From an uncultured Chlamydiae bacterium (GTDB lineage: Bacteria; Chlamydiota; Chlamydiia; Chlamydiales; SM23-39), in assembly GCA_903893545.1 (NCBI GenBank), contig CAITMJ010000033.1, positions 8,069-72,068 of the forward strand: a stretch of 64,000 bases of DNA, in the 5' to 3' direction. Shown piece after piece: positions 29,351-39,112 of the stretch (its first letter is position 1; each line of letters starts with the position of its first letter). The position numbers were made by a program, and so were the translations under genes. Below the pieces are notes generated by a model. It saw only the letters and a program-made list of their open reading frames with translations, made no database searches and had not been told where the DNA came from.

Positions 29351-29992
29351 ATGTCCAGTTACTTAAGTTTACTTGATTACTGCACCATAAACCCACAGGT
29401 CGAGTTACGCCTCGGACTAAATGATTGGGTTAGCAAAGCGACTCTTTCTGAACGGCCTAAACGACAGATCGCTTACGCAAAAATTAGAGAGTGCTTGGAT
29501 CTGAAAATAACAATGCTAGATCTATCGGGATTGGGGTTAACCTCACTGCCCAATGAGATCAGCGCTCTTTCCAAGCTTCAAAAGCTCAACGCATCCCATA
29601 ACAATCTCGAATCTTTTCCAGATTTGTCAGAGTGCAAAAAACTCGTCTCCATCGATGTCTCACACAATGAGTTGACGGGATTTCCAGATCTTACCCGATT
29701 CTACGATCTGGAACTGCTTGATCTCTCTTATAACAAAATAGAAAAGGTTCCAGACTGTCCGGATAGCTCTTCTCTAAAATGCTTAAACCTCGTTCACAAC
29801 CAAGTCGTTTATCTGTCTGAAAATTTTGCCCATCTCAGTTCAGAGTGTGAAATCTCGATCGATAACAACCCAATCTCCATTAAGACCCTGGAAAATTTCT
29901 TGCAGCTCATTAAAGAGCCGCGTGGCCCTAAAATTTTGTGCAGCGTCATCTTAATAAAAGAGATTTTCAGGCGCGAAATCCACGCTAGATAA
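29351..29992 (+). CDS. Leucine-rich-repeat protein of the bacterial IpaH/SspH/YopM type, no ligase domain
   Basis: 213 aa. Lead-in W..ERPKRQIAYAKIRECLDLKITMLDLSGLGLTSLP, followed by five to six 22-aa LRRs (LxxLxxSHNxLxxFPDL). Confidence 0.8.
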   Translation: MSSYLSLLDYCTINPQVELRLGLNDWVSKATLSERPKRQIAYAKIRECLDLKITMLDLSGLGLTSLPNEISALSKLQKLNASHNNLESFPDLSECKKLVSIDVSHNELTGFPDLTRFYDLELLDLSYNKIEKVPDCPDSSSLKCLNLVHNQVVYLSENFAHLSSECEISIDNNPISIKTLENFLQLIKEPRGPKILCSVILIKEIFRREIHAR

Positions 29993-30066
29993 CTCGACAA
30001 AATCTCGCAAAAAAGTTATACACAATGTGATTTAAGGTAAAACCCTTTAAATAGAGGAATTTCCGA

Positions 30067-30828
30067 ATGAAGTGGTCTCTTTTTTTTCTATCGATCTTCT
30101 CTTGTGTGACTGGTGAAATCCGAGAAATCCAAACGATTGCTGAGTTTAAAAATCATTTAGATCCCGATGCGCTGGTGCTCTTCGATATAGACAATACCAT
30201 TATGGAAACTACGCAAACTCTCGGTTCAGATCAGTGGTTTACCCATCGCCGAAACGATTACGAAACTCGCGGCTATCCAGCCGTGGAAGCGCTTGAAAAT
30301 GCGCTTGCTGAATGGATGTCGATTCAAAATTTGACAAAAGTCCAAATCGTAGAGAAAGAGACCGCCGATCTTATTCGGGGATTGCAAGAAGAGGGACAAA
30401 CGCTAATGGGCCTTACCACGCGCGGCATGGGGCTAGCCCTCCGAACGATTGAGCAGCTAAAAACGCTACACGTAGATCTCACTAAGACATCTCCTTTGAA
30501 AGAAGAACAGCTTCTTCAAGGCGGGGCAGTTTTATTTCGCCAAGGGATTTTATTCACTGCGGGAACTGATAAGGGCAAAGCGTTTCTCGCCTTATTCAAA
30601 GATAAACTCCCACAGAAAGTGCTATTTATTAACGATAAAGCCTCTCACCTCAAAGAGGTGGAAAGAGCGTGCGAGCAGGCAAAGATTCCATTCATCGGCC
30701 TCCGATACGGTTTTCTCGATGAGAAGGTCAAAAGATTTTCTCATGAAATCGCCGCTATTCAATGGGAACATTTCGGCAAGCTTCTCTCCGATGAAGAAAC
30801 GGCAACGATCCTGAACTTATCTAATTAA
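30067..30828 (+). CDS. Secreted HAD-like protein (DUF2608-like)
   Basis: 253 aa, signal peptide, and HAD motif I LVLFDIDNTIMET. Confidence 0.6.
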   Translation: MKWSLFFLSIFSCVTGEIREIQTIAEFKNHLDPDALVLFDIDNTIMETTQTLGSDQWFTHRRNDYETRGYPAVEALENALAEWMSIQNLTKVQIVEKETADLIRGLQEEGQTLMGLTTRGMGLALRTIEQLKTLHVDLTKTSPLKEEQLLQGGAVLFRQGILFTAGTDKGKAFLALFKDKLPQKVLFINDKASHLKEVERACEQAKIPFIGLRYGFLDEKVKRFSHEIAAIQWEHFGKLLSDEETATILNLSN

Positions 30829-33800
30829 AACTCTCCTCCGATTCCGAGGTAGAAGAATGCATCGAAAAACAAGCTGTTCCATTTAAAGTCAGCCATGGCT
30901 TCGATCTGTACGACTTCGCAGATGGTAGTGAGGAAGTCAAATTCCAAAAGCCAACTATTGCGTCCCATTCCAAGGGCCGTTGTGCTCGCTGTTGTTCCAG
31001 AGGCACTCAAGACCTCATAATCGACAATGCGGTTATGATCGAGATATTCTCTTTGCCAGCCGAAATCAACCTCGGCGTGGAACTGCACAAGGGATTTTTC
31101 CCCTGAAAAAACAACCCTCGTTCCTAGAAATGTACTCAATGATTGAGGATCTTGCGAAGCAAACTGGAGGTCGTACATGCCCGCTCCCGACTCTTCATAT
31201 CCGCTGATGTGATCATAGATGTACTGCAGATCGAGGATAGGAATTAAGGCCAACCCTTCGGGAATCGAAGAATATGTCTTATTGGAGAAGGTGTATTCCA
31301 GATCAAATAAAAGATCGATGATGCTCTCATGCGGGGTTCCAATGGCTACTTCGCTTCCGTTAAGGCCCGTATTGCGGTGTAAATCATCCCAAGCGTAGGC
31401 GTACCCTCCTAGAAAATCGATAGCGATGTCTGGAAGTGCTTTGGGCACGATTGTGCTATACACAGTGCCGTGTAGTTTATTTACAAAGAACGCGCCGCCA
31501 TTTTCATCGATGACGCCTGTTTTACAGCGATAATCGACAGCCCCGCCAATACCTACGTAGTAAGCGCGACTGTCGTTGTCTTCAAAGGCATAGTCGCTGC
31601 CAGCAAGCGCGCCAATGGAGGAATATTTACTGCCCGGCTGCCCTTGTTTTGGATTGATCTGGCCAAATGAAGCGATCGGCCCCCCGTAGATCGTCCACGG
31701 TCTAGGTTGCTTTGCCACGGCCACTTTTTGACTGAGCATCTCCTGCCGTTTTCTAAAGGGACTCATTTCCTCATTGGCTGCGACAAGAGAATTAGGAGCT
31801 GCCGTTGGAAGACGACCGCGAAGCTGCAAACATTTGCGCATAAGTTCTGTGTTGTGCTGCCCGACGGAAGTAAATGTGAGACTTGTCGTCGATGTGCTTG
31901 CATGGGAGGGAACAGAAGGGACTAGGACCAACTGCACGGCGTTTGCTGTGTACTGAATGGAGGGAATAATCGATCCTGGAAACCCTTGCAAAGAGATGGA
32001 AGAAAACTGCGAAACAATCGAGTTTGTCGCGTAGATTAAATCCAATGTCTCTCCACTGGCGAGCGTCAGGCCAGGCAGTGCTGTGACGGTGAGCGGGCCG
32101 GTAAGGGTTGCTGTTTCTGTAGTAATCCCCCCAAAACTCGAGGTCGAGGCGATGTTTACATTGTATTGGGGAGAATTGCTTTCTGTGAATACTGTGGTTG
32201 TGATCAATGCGGCATTGGTGAGCGTTCCTCCAGAAAGAGTAAAGGGCTCTGTCGTGATTAAATAGTTGTTGGTCAACTGACCGCCGCTCATCGCAATGTT
32301 GTTGGTTGAAAGATCTCCGTTATTGACAACTGTTCCTCCGCTCATCGTCACGGTATCGCTCAAAATCAGTTCATTGTTTGTCAGAGTCCCGCCGGTCACG
32401 GTGAACGCAGCAAAAGAAGAGAGCAAGCCGGTGTTTACAATGTTTGCCGTCCCTTGAATTGTGAGGTCTCCTGATGAGGTAATAATCCAACCGCTATTGT
32501 TGACGTTATTTCCTTCGATCACTGCAATGTCAGGTTCGAGAACGCCAGCGTTGTTAAAAGTGCCAAGTCCTCCCGTATCTGTGATCGTGAGCGTATCGAG
32601 AGTTCCCAGCGAAACAGCGGAACCGAATGTCAGGGTAGCTCCAGAGGCAATGCTTATAATCCCAGAAACCGAAGAGGACGACCCTACAATGGGGACATTG
32701 ATGGTATGGCTTCCTGCTTCCACCTGAATTGTCGGAGTGGTTCCCGCAATACTGCCATCCAAGGTGAATTCTCCTCCCCCGCCTGAAAACTGTGAAATTG
32801 TATAAGAGGTCGCTGCCGTATTAAAGACCAAATTAAGCAGCGTAGGAGACTCCTCCACGCTGCCATTGGTCAACTCAATCGCTACCTCAGCAGATGCGAC
32901 AGCAGCAAATGTGGCAGTATCTCCGGCTGGCGCACTAATTCCAGGGACGCACCCGCCAGACCAATTCGAAGAATTGTCCCAAACATCGCTCGCCGATGAA
33001 ATCCAAGTTCCCGAACAGTCAGCCGATACCAACTTCACGGTCGCAGGGCTTACCATCTTTGGACTATATTGGACTGTATATCCAGCAGGAGGAGAGCTAA
33101 ATGTCCCTGTGAGGGAAGTGCCCGACAACAAGGTCAGTGGACTTGAAATGCTCCCTGTCACATTGAGCGTTCCATTTAAAACAAGCGGACCACTTGAATC
33201 GATAAACCCTGGCGCAGAGATATTTAGCGTTAATGCACCACCTGCTGCTTGCGTGTAGCTAGCCACATTGATGGTATTGGCCGCAACCACTGTTCCGTTG
33301 TTGGTCAAGGCGCCTACTTCTGTGACCGCATACGTTTGGAACGTTAACTCTGCCCCCGAAGCAACTGTGACAGCCGATCCGTTTCCAAGTACGTTTGTAG
33401 AGGCCCCTGCTTGCAGAGTGCCTCCGGAAACGGTGGTGGGTCCAGTGTAGTTACTGTTGCCGCTTAAAGTGAGCGTGCCGGTTGTCAGAGTAAGGCCGCC
33501 GCTCCCTGTGATTGCACCGGAAAAGGAGAGGCTGTCGCCATTTGCGATCGTCAAGACTGCAGAACCAGAACCTAAGTTCACATTGCCCGCGCCAGTCAAA
33601 CTGCCAATCGTCGTGTTATAGGTATCTATCGCAAGAGTCGCTCCTGAGCTGACTGTGACAGCAGATCCGACGCCAAACGCGCCACTTGTCTGTGTAGAGC
33701 CTGAAAAAACAGAGACCACGCCCGCTTGCAGGGTTCCCACACTTACAGTCGTAGCGCCCGTGTATGTGTTGGCGCCATTTAAAATTTGCGCCCCAGAGCC

Positions 33801-36800
33801 ATTCTTTGTAACGCCACCAGTCCCTGAAATCACGCCCTGAAAACTTTGCCCAGTAGAGACGCCAATGGTCAATGTATTGGCTCCCAAGAGAATTTTGGAA
33901 GAAGTGCTGCTGCTCGTCAAGCTTCCGACAGTGTTGTTATACCCATTGAGAGAGAGGATCCCTGAGCCAGACAAAACGATCGGAGACCCTGTTCCAAAAG
34001 CAGTTGTCGCTACGCCCGCTTGCAACGTCCCGCCAGAGACAGTCGTAGTCCCTGTGTATCCATTGGCATGGCTAAAAGTTTGGACTCCACTGACTAAAGT
34101 GATCCCGCCGCCACTTCCCGAAATTTGGCCAGAAAGGGTATTGCCGCCTCCAGAACTGATCGTCAAGACTCCAGATCCTAAAGTCACAGCGCCAGCGCCA
34201 GATAAGCTGCCGACTGTGTTGTTAAATCCATTGAGAGCAAGTGTTGCGCCGCTGCTGACTGTTACAGCAGAACCTACGCCAAAAGCGCCTGTCGTAGAAG
34301 TGGAGATAATGCCCGCCTGCAACGTCCCTACGCTGACTGTCGTAGCTCCCGTATACGTATTGGCCGCAGCAAGGATACATGTGTTTGATCCTATTTTTGT
34401 CAGCGCCCCTGCTCCAGAAATAATCCCCGTAGAGCTCACAGCGTTTGTCTGCGTATCGATCGTCCCTGCGGCAGTGAGTACAAGAGCGGAGGAGAGAGTC
34501 ACCGCTTCTTCTGCTTGCCAAATTCCTGCGCCGCTTCCGCTAAATGTCACTTGAACCGGCTGAGAAGAAGTGTCGATTTGCAGTGTTCCACTTTGGATGG
34601 TCAGGTTTGCAATCTCGCTGCTCAATCCTTGCAGCTCTAAAGCGCCTCCATTCAAGATGATATTTCCCCCAGGGCTTAGGAAATTCCCCGATACCGTAAT
34701 TACTCCTGTTGGAGAGATAAATGAGTTCGTCAGGGTCAGCGTCGTAGAATTCAAATTTACATTCCCAGAAATCGTAAGGAAGTCCGCCCCAGTCCCAGAC
34801 ATGATGCTCAGCGTATCTGCGACTGTAATCGGCACTGCGATCGTATGAGGGCCGTAATACACTTGAATTTGCGGAGATAGAGCCGCCGTGCCGCCCATGG
34901 TGATCGATCCGGTTCCACTGATGGTATAGTCGGTCGCAGAGCCTATGCTCAATGCGCCCAAGGTCGCTACAGAATTTAAAGTTACTGTAATCGCCCCCTG
35001 CCCCATTTCATAGCCAAAGACCGCTGTATCATCCTCGGCCCCGCCAGTATTGCCGATGCCAGGAGCGCAGCTTGTGCTCCAATTGCCAGAGGTTTCCCAC
35101 GCGCCTGCGCCAGCCACATTCCAAGTCCCTTGGCAGGCGGTCGAGGTGCCAATGTTCCAAATGGCTTGCGTCGCATTGTATTCGATTGTCGTATTCCCAA
35201 GATTTGTGACTGTCGAGAACATCCCTGTTTCAGACGAGTACTGCAAAATCACCTGATTGGAACCGGGCTGAATGCGAGGGAGAATCAACGTCCCCCCTAA
35301 AGTGGCAATCCCTGAGCCATCGATCACGCCAGTGCCTGGGAATGTCGCGAGATTGGAGACATCCAACGTCCCTGTTTGCGTATAGGTCGTCCCAGTAACT
35401 TGCTGATAGGGGATCAAAGTCCCCGAGTTTGTAATCACTCCCAGCGCATTTGTCCCGCCATCTAAAATGAGGGTAGCTCCACTATCTACTGTTGCTGCTG
35501 ATAGACTGTTATCTCCCGACAGCGTCAAAGTGCCTGCAGCTAGAGTTAAACCTCCGCCAGCGCCAGTAATCCCCCCAGAAAAAGTATTTCCATTCCCATT
35601 GCTGATCGTCAAGACCCCTGAGCCCGTTGTTACGCTGCCAGCGCCCGACAACATCCCGATTGTATTGCTAAAGCCATCGAGATCCAATGTAGCGCCTGAA
35701 GAGACTGTGATCGCAGAACCAACCCCGAACGCTCCGCTTGTCTGTGTATTCCCTGAAAAAACAGAAACCACCCCTGCTTGCAGAGTGCCAGCGGTGACGA
35801 GTGTAGGTCCAGAATAGGTATTTGTCCCTGAAAGAGTCAGTATTGCTGTTCCCGATTTGGTGAATGTATAGGCCGAGCCGCCCGCAATGGAGTTATTGGC
35901 GACGATGTTATGCCCGTTCGTATCGATTGTTCCCGAAGAGAAGAAAACGACCTTTGGGAAAGAGGTAAACGCTCCAGAGGCCTCGAAAACACCCGTGCCT
36001 CCTGAAATCACTTCAAAGAGGAGCTGTTTGGCCACAATGGTTGCAGTCGCAGTCGTATCGGTTGGAAATGCAGCTTGGTTTGCAATCAGAGTCCCATTGA
36101 GAAGCGTCGTATTTCCGTTGTATGTATTGGTCCCAGACAGTGTCAAAGTGCCCGATCCTGTCTTGGTCAATCCACCGCCGCCGATAGGAGCAGCCATTCC
36201 CGTCGTCACTAGATAAATGATATTTCCAGGAATCGCTACGTTATAGGTTTGCGTGTCGATAATTCCAGTGGTCGCCATGACGATCCCCGAAGTGGGGTTT
36301 AGCGAAATCGAACTCCCCGCAGCCTGAAGCGTTCCGCAAAACTGCTGGAAAGTAATCGATGAAGGAGCGCCTACGCTCAAGTGCGTTACATTGAGAACTC
36401 CCCCTTCTATGACGAGATCCCCCACAAGTGTGGCGGAGTTATCTGCCGTCAGAGTTAAGGTCCCCTGACCAATTTTTGCAAATGTCGTGGTCGAATCTGG
36501 CACTGTGATCGTGCCGCCGACTGTCAAATTAAAGGTGTTGGTGCTTAAAGTTCCAGTAGCTCCAGACGCAACGCTAAAATTATTCACTGGAGTGTCGTCA
36601 TCGGCAAGAACCGTAACAATGCCTCCGGTCCCCGTAAATAGATACGTGGAAGAGTCCCCCAAATATTGCGTATTGAAATAGACCCCATTTGTGAGGGTTG
36701 TCGTTCCGGTATATGTGTTAGCGCCAAAAAATGTGGGTTGAGGCTCTGGTTGGCCAGTTTCTGTAGTGCCTTCGAGAACGACAGCTCCGTTCCCTGTAAT

Positions 36801-39110
36801 CACCCCATAGAAGGGATTCGTACTGAGTCCACTTGTGATCGTAAGAACCCCGGGGCTTGTCACCTCTACGGAGGAACTAGAAGCGCCTTCGACGAGCCCT
36901 GTTAACTGTTGGATAGAGAGCGAATAGCCATTTAAATTCAGGACGCCACTTGCGCCGAGATTCACCTCCGCAGTAGATCCTAACGCAGTGGATGAGCCCA
37001 ATTGCAAAGTTCCATCGACCACAGATGTGATTCCACTAAAACCTGTGTTCGTCCCAGACAATATCAAAGTCCCAGGTCCATCTTTTTGCAACGTTCCCGT
37101 AGTATCTCCACTCGATACAGCCCCGCTGACAGTCATCGTGATAAGATCATTGATATAGAACTGCCCCACTGTTGGCACGCCGGAGACGTTGATAGAAACT
37201 GGCCCTGAAAAGGAGGTGTTCGCCCCAATGTTCACTCCACTGGTGCCCCCTTCTCTAAAATTTAGAGCCGTTATGCCTCCCAAAGAATTGGTTACAAGTG
37301 TTCCGCTCCCCACATCTCCTAAGGTGAGCGATCCCGTAAAGGAGCTAAAAGGATCTGTACTTGTCGTCGTAAGCTCGCCATTGCTAATCGTGAGTGAGCC
37401 TGACCCAGAAATCGTGCCCCCGTACGAGGTTTGCGCAGGAGATGGACCATTTCCAAAAAGAATGGTCACCGCATTTGTTCCCAGCAATAAACTAGCAGAT
37501 GAACCAGTCCCAGAAAGATACGAAATCGTACTATCATTGAGCGCTGTCGTCGACATATCCACGATCCCAGCGTTGCTGATGATCAGTGGAGGATTCCCGC
37601 TGGTTGGAAATGAGGCGCTCGTGCTAAAGACAAGAGTCCCCCCAGAGACCTGCGTTCCTCCTGTATAGCCACTTGTGCCCTGTAGAGTCAGAGTCCCCGT
37701 CCCTGTCTTAATAAGAGCTCCTCCACCTTCGATCTTCCCCGTTGTCAATACATTGTTCCCGTTCGTATCGATCCCTCCGCTAGTGGAAAGTGTGATCGTT
37801 TGGGCGATCGTAAAGGCTCCAAGAGCCTTCAACTTCCCGCCAGGAGCTGTTTGAATGGTTAAAGCGCTCCCCGAAGGAAGTCCCTGCAAGGCGATCTTAT
37901 TCCCCCCTGCAATCGTCAAGACTCCATTGTAATTGCTGCTCGTGGTCACATTGGATAAAGACCACAGATTTGATCCAAAATATATGATTGCCGCAGAGCC
38001 ATTGAGAGTCCCTGAAAACGTTCCACCGGAATAGACGTTCAAGGTTGAATTCGTAAGGGACCCGAGATTGACTGTTCCCGCTCCCGTCAAAGTGTTTGCA
38101 CTAGATGTATAGGCAGAGCTTGGATAGGTCAGCGTCCCAGAAGCCCCAACGGAGATATTCGACTGGATGCCGAAAGAGTTTGGCGCGGATCCTTGCAAGG
38201 TTCCTGCATTGACCGTCGTATCGCCGATAAACGATGCAGTGGCGCTTACATAGCTATAACTATTGTCATTGCTTAAAATAAGAGTGCCAGTGCTTCCGGC
38301 TGCCAATACAAGCGTTCCTCCAGATCCCGTTCCACTCGTAGGGGCCGTTGCCAAATATTCGATCGACCCCGACCAATTCGCTCCATCTTGCGTGTTGATC
38401 AGCGTAAACGTATTGCTATTGGCCACGACGTTCGCAACAATGGAAGCTTGATCTATGTTCAGTGTTTGATTGGCATTGAGTGTGAGAACTCCAATGCTGC
38501 TTTGGATCGTACAAAGGCTCGTCGGACAGATCGCATTGGCCGTATTGATGCTTACGCCGGCAGAGCCAAGTGTTGTTGGGCCTGTGTAGCCGTTTGACCC
38601 AGATAATACAAGAGAGCCTCCTCCGAGTAAAAGCCCTCCATCCCCCGTGATGTCCCCGGAAAAAACATCCTTATTATTGCCATAGAGAGCGAGGTTCGTC
38701 CCGCTCGGGATACTAATTGCGCATCCAAAAGTGTTGGCCGAAATAGTGGGTCCGCCTCCGCAATTAATCCACCCTCCCCCTGTCTGCACAATGAACGGAA
38801 AATCGCTGAACGTATAGCTCATTGCAGAAGAAGGTGGGACAAGAGTGATCGAAGGAGAGGTGCTCGTATTGGGGTATCCCACGGAAAGGGAATAGGGATT
38901 GGCAACATTTTGAATCACCGTGAAATTCGACGGAGATGTGTACGTAAAAAGGAGCTCATCTCCACTAGACGGCGTCGAGTTAGACTGCCAACTCAACGGA
39001 TTATTCATGTCGCCGCTGGGACTTCCCACCCAAGTAAAGGGAGCATCGCCTTTCAAATTGGCGCTGAGAAAAATGGCAATTAGGAGAGTTAATCTTTTTC
39101 TATTCATCAT
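30825..39110 (-). CDS. Giant autotransporter / Pmp-like adhesin with many PATR (autotransporter-associated beta-strand) repeats
   Basis: The maximal ORF (2766 aa) starts at 39125. MMNRKRLTLLIAIFLSA starts at 39110. Dozens of G-GTLTLSG-NTYTG-TTV--GTLQ units. C-terminal ~280 aa has alternating barrel-like sequence ending GIGGEF. Confidence 0.9.
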   Translation of the reverse strand: MMNRKRLTLLIAIFLSANLKGDAPFTWVGSPSGDMNNPLSWQSNSTPSSGDELLFTYTSPSNFTVIQNVANPYSLSVGYPNTSTSPSITLVPPSSAMSYTFSDFPFIVQTGGGWINCGGGPTISANTFGCAISIPSGTNLALYGNNKDVFSGDITGDGGLLLGGGSLVLSGSNGYTGPTTLGSAGVSINTANAICPTSLCTIQSSIGVLTLNANQTLNIDQASIVANVVANSNTFTLINTQDGANWSGSIEYLATAPTSGTGSGGTLVLAAGSTGTLILSNDNSYSYVSATASFIGDTTVNAGTLQGSAPNSFGIQSNISVGASGTLTYPSSAYTSSANTLTGAGTVNLGSLTNSTLNVYSGGTFSGTLNGSAAIIYFGSNLWSLSNVTTSSNYNGVLTIAGGNKIALQGLPSGSALTIQTAPGGKLKALGAFTIAQTITLSTSGGIDTNGNNVLTTGKIEGGGALIKTGTGTLTLQGTSGYTGGTQVSGGTLVFSTSASFPTSGNPPLIISNAGIVDMSTTALNDSTISYLSGTGSSASLLLGTNAVTILFGNGPSPAQTSYGGTISGSGSLTISNGELTTTSTDPFSSFTGSLTLGDVGSGTLVTNSLGGITALNFREGGTSGVNIGANTSFSGPVSINVSGVPTVGQFYINDLITMTVSGAVSSGDTTGTLQKDGPGTLILSGTNTGFSGITSVVDGTLQLGSSTALGSTAEVNLGASGVLNLNGYSLSIQQLTGLVEGASSSSVEVTSPGVLTITSGLSTNPFYGVITGNGAVVLEGTTETGQPEPQPTFFGANTYTGTTTLTNGVYFNTQYLGDSSTYLFTGTGGIVTVLADDDTPVNNFSVASGATGTLSTNTFNLTVGGTITVPDSTTTFAKIGQGTLTLTADNSATLVGDLVIEGGVLNVTHLSVGAPSSITFQQFCGTLQAAGSSISLNPTSGIVMATTGIIDTQTYNVAIPGNIIYLVTTGMAAPIGGGGLTKTGSGTLTLSGTNTYNGNTTLLNGTLIANQAAFPTDTTATATIVAKQLLFEVISGGTGVFEASGAFTSFPKVVFFSSGTIDTNGHNIVANNSIAGGSAYTFTKSGTAILTLSGTNTYSGPTLVTAGTLQAGVVSVFSGNTQTSGAFGVGSAITVSSGATLDLDGFSNTIGMLSGAGSVTTGSGVLTISNGNGNTFSGGITGAGGGLTLAAGTLTLSGDNSLSAATVDSGATLILDGGTNALGVITNSGTLIPYQQVTGTTYTQTGTLDVSNLATFPGTGVIDGSGIATLGGTLILPRIQPGSNQVILQYSSETGMFSTVTNLGNTTIEYNATQAIWNIGTSTACQGTWNVAGAGAWETSGNWSTSCAPGIGNTGGAEDDTAVFGYEMGQGAITVTLNSVATLGALSIGSATDYTISGTGSITMGGTAALSPQIQVYYGPHTIAVPITVADTLSIMSGTGADFLTISGNVNLNSTTLTLTNSFISPTGVITVSGNFLSPGGNIILNGGALELQGLSSEIANLTIQSGTLQIDTSSQPVQVTFSGSGAGIWQAEEAVTLSSALVLTAAGTIDTQTNAVSSTGIISGAGALTKIGSNTCILAAANTYTGATTVSVGTLQAGIISTSTTGAFGVGSAVTVSSGATLALNGFNNTVGSLSGAGAVTLGSGVLTISSGGGNTLSGQISGSGGGITLVSGVQTFSHANGYTGTTTVSGGTLQAGVATTAFGTGSPIVLSGSGILSLNGYNNTVGSLTSSSTSSKILLGANTLTIGVSTGQSFQGVISGTGGVTKNGSGAQILNGANTYTGATTVSVGTLQAGVVSVFSGSTQTSGAFGVGSAVTVSSGATLAIDTYNTTIGSLTGAGNVNLGSGSAVLTIANGDSLSFSGAITGSGGLTLTTGTLTLSGNSNYTGPTTVSGGTLQAGASTNVLGNGSAVTVASGAELTFQTYAVTEVGALTNNGTVVAANTINVASYTQAAGGALTLNISAPGFIDSSGPLVLNGTLNVTGSISSPLTLLSGTSLTGTFSSPPAGYTVQYSPKMVSPATVKLVSADCSGTWISSASDVWDNSSNWSGGCVPGISAPAGDTATFAAVASAEVAIELTNGSVEESPTLLNLVFNTAATSYTISQFSGGGGEFTLDGSIAGTTPTIQVEAGSHTINVPIVGSSSSVSGIISIASGATLTFGSAVSLGTLDTLTITDTGGLGTFNNAGVLEPDIAVIEGNNVNNSGWIITSSGDLTIQGTANIVNTGLLSSFAAFTVTGGTLTNNELILSDTVTMSGGTVVNNGDLSTNNIAMSGGQLTNNYLITTEPFTLSGGTLTNAALITTTVFTESNSPQYNVNIASTSSFGGITTETATLTGPLTVTALPGLTLASGETLDLIYATNSIVSQFSSISLQGFPGSIIPSIQYTANAVQLVLVPSVPSHASTSTTSLTFTSVGQHNTELMRKCLQLRGRLPTAAPNSLVAANEEMSPFRKRQEMLSQKVAVAKQPRPWTIYGGPIASFGQINPKQGQPGSKYSSIGALAGSDYAFEDNDSRAYYVGIGGAVDYRCKTGVIDENGGAFFVNKLHGTVYSTIVPKALPDIAIDFLGGYAYAWDDLHRNTGLNGSEVAIGTPHESIIDLLFDLEYTFSNKTYSSIPEGLALIPILDLQYIYDHISGYEESGAGMYDLQFASQDPQSLSTFLGTRVVFSGEKSLVQFHAEVDFGWQREYLDHNRIVDYEVLSASGTTASTTALGMGRNSWLLEFDFLTTICEVVQIEAMADFKWNSLFFDAFFYLGIGGEF
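33400..35835 (-). repeat. Three diverged ~0.35-kb coding modules inside the autotransporter gene
   Basis: The module NTY(T/S)G.T.V..GTLQAG...GAFGVGSA(V/I)TVSSGATL...G(S/M)L(S/T)GAG.V..GSGVLTI recurs at about 35490-35835, 34015-34375 and 33400-33790. Confidence 0.75.
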
Positions 39111-39112
39111 TT

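Noticed and set aside
33400-35835. Periodic repeats, considered as a CRISPR array or DNA tandem repeat.
   Set aside because: The units are about 350 nt, unevenly spaced, diverged at synonymous sites, and in-frame within one long ORF. They are protein modules, not a CRISPR or satellite array.
31707-38597. About twenty plus-strand ORFs of 60-229 aa inside the autotransporter gene, several P/V/T-rich and mutually similar.
   Set aside because: They are antisense shadows of the G/T/S/A-rich PATR repeats, whose codons rarely give stops on the opposite strand. Their similarity to each other only mirrors the sense-strand repeats.
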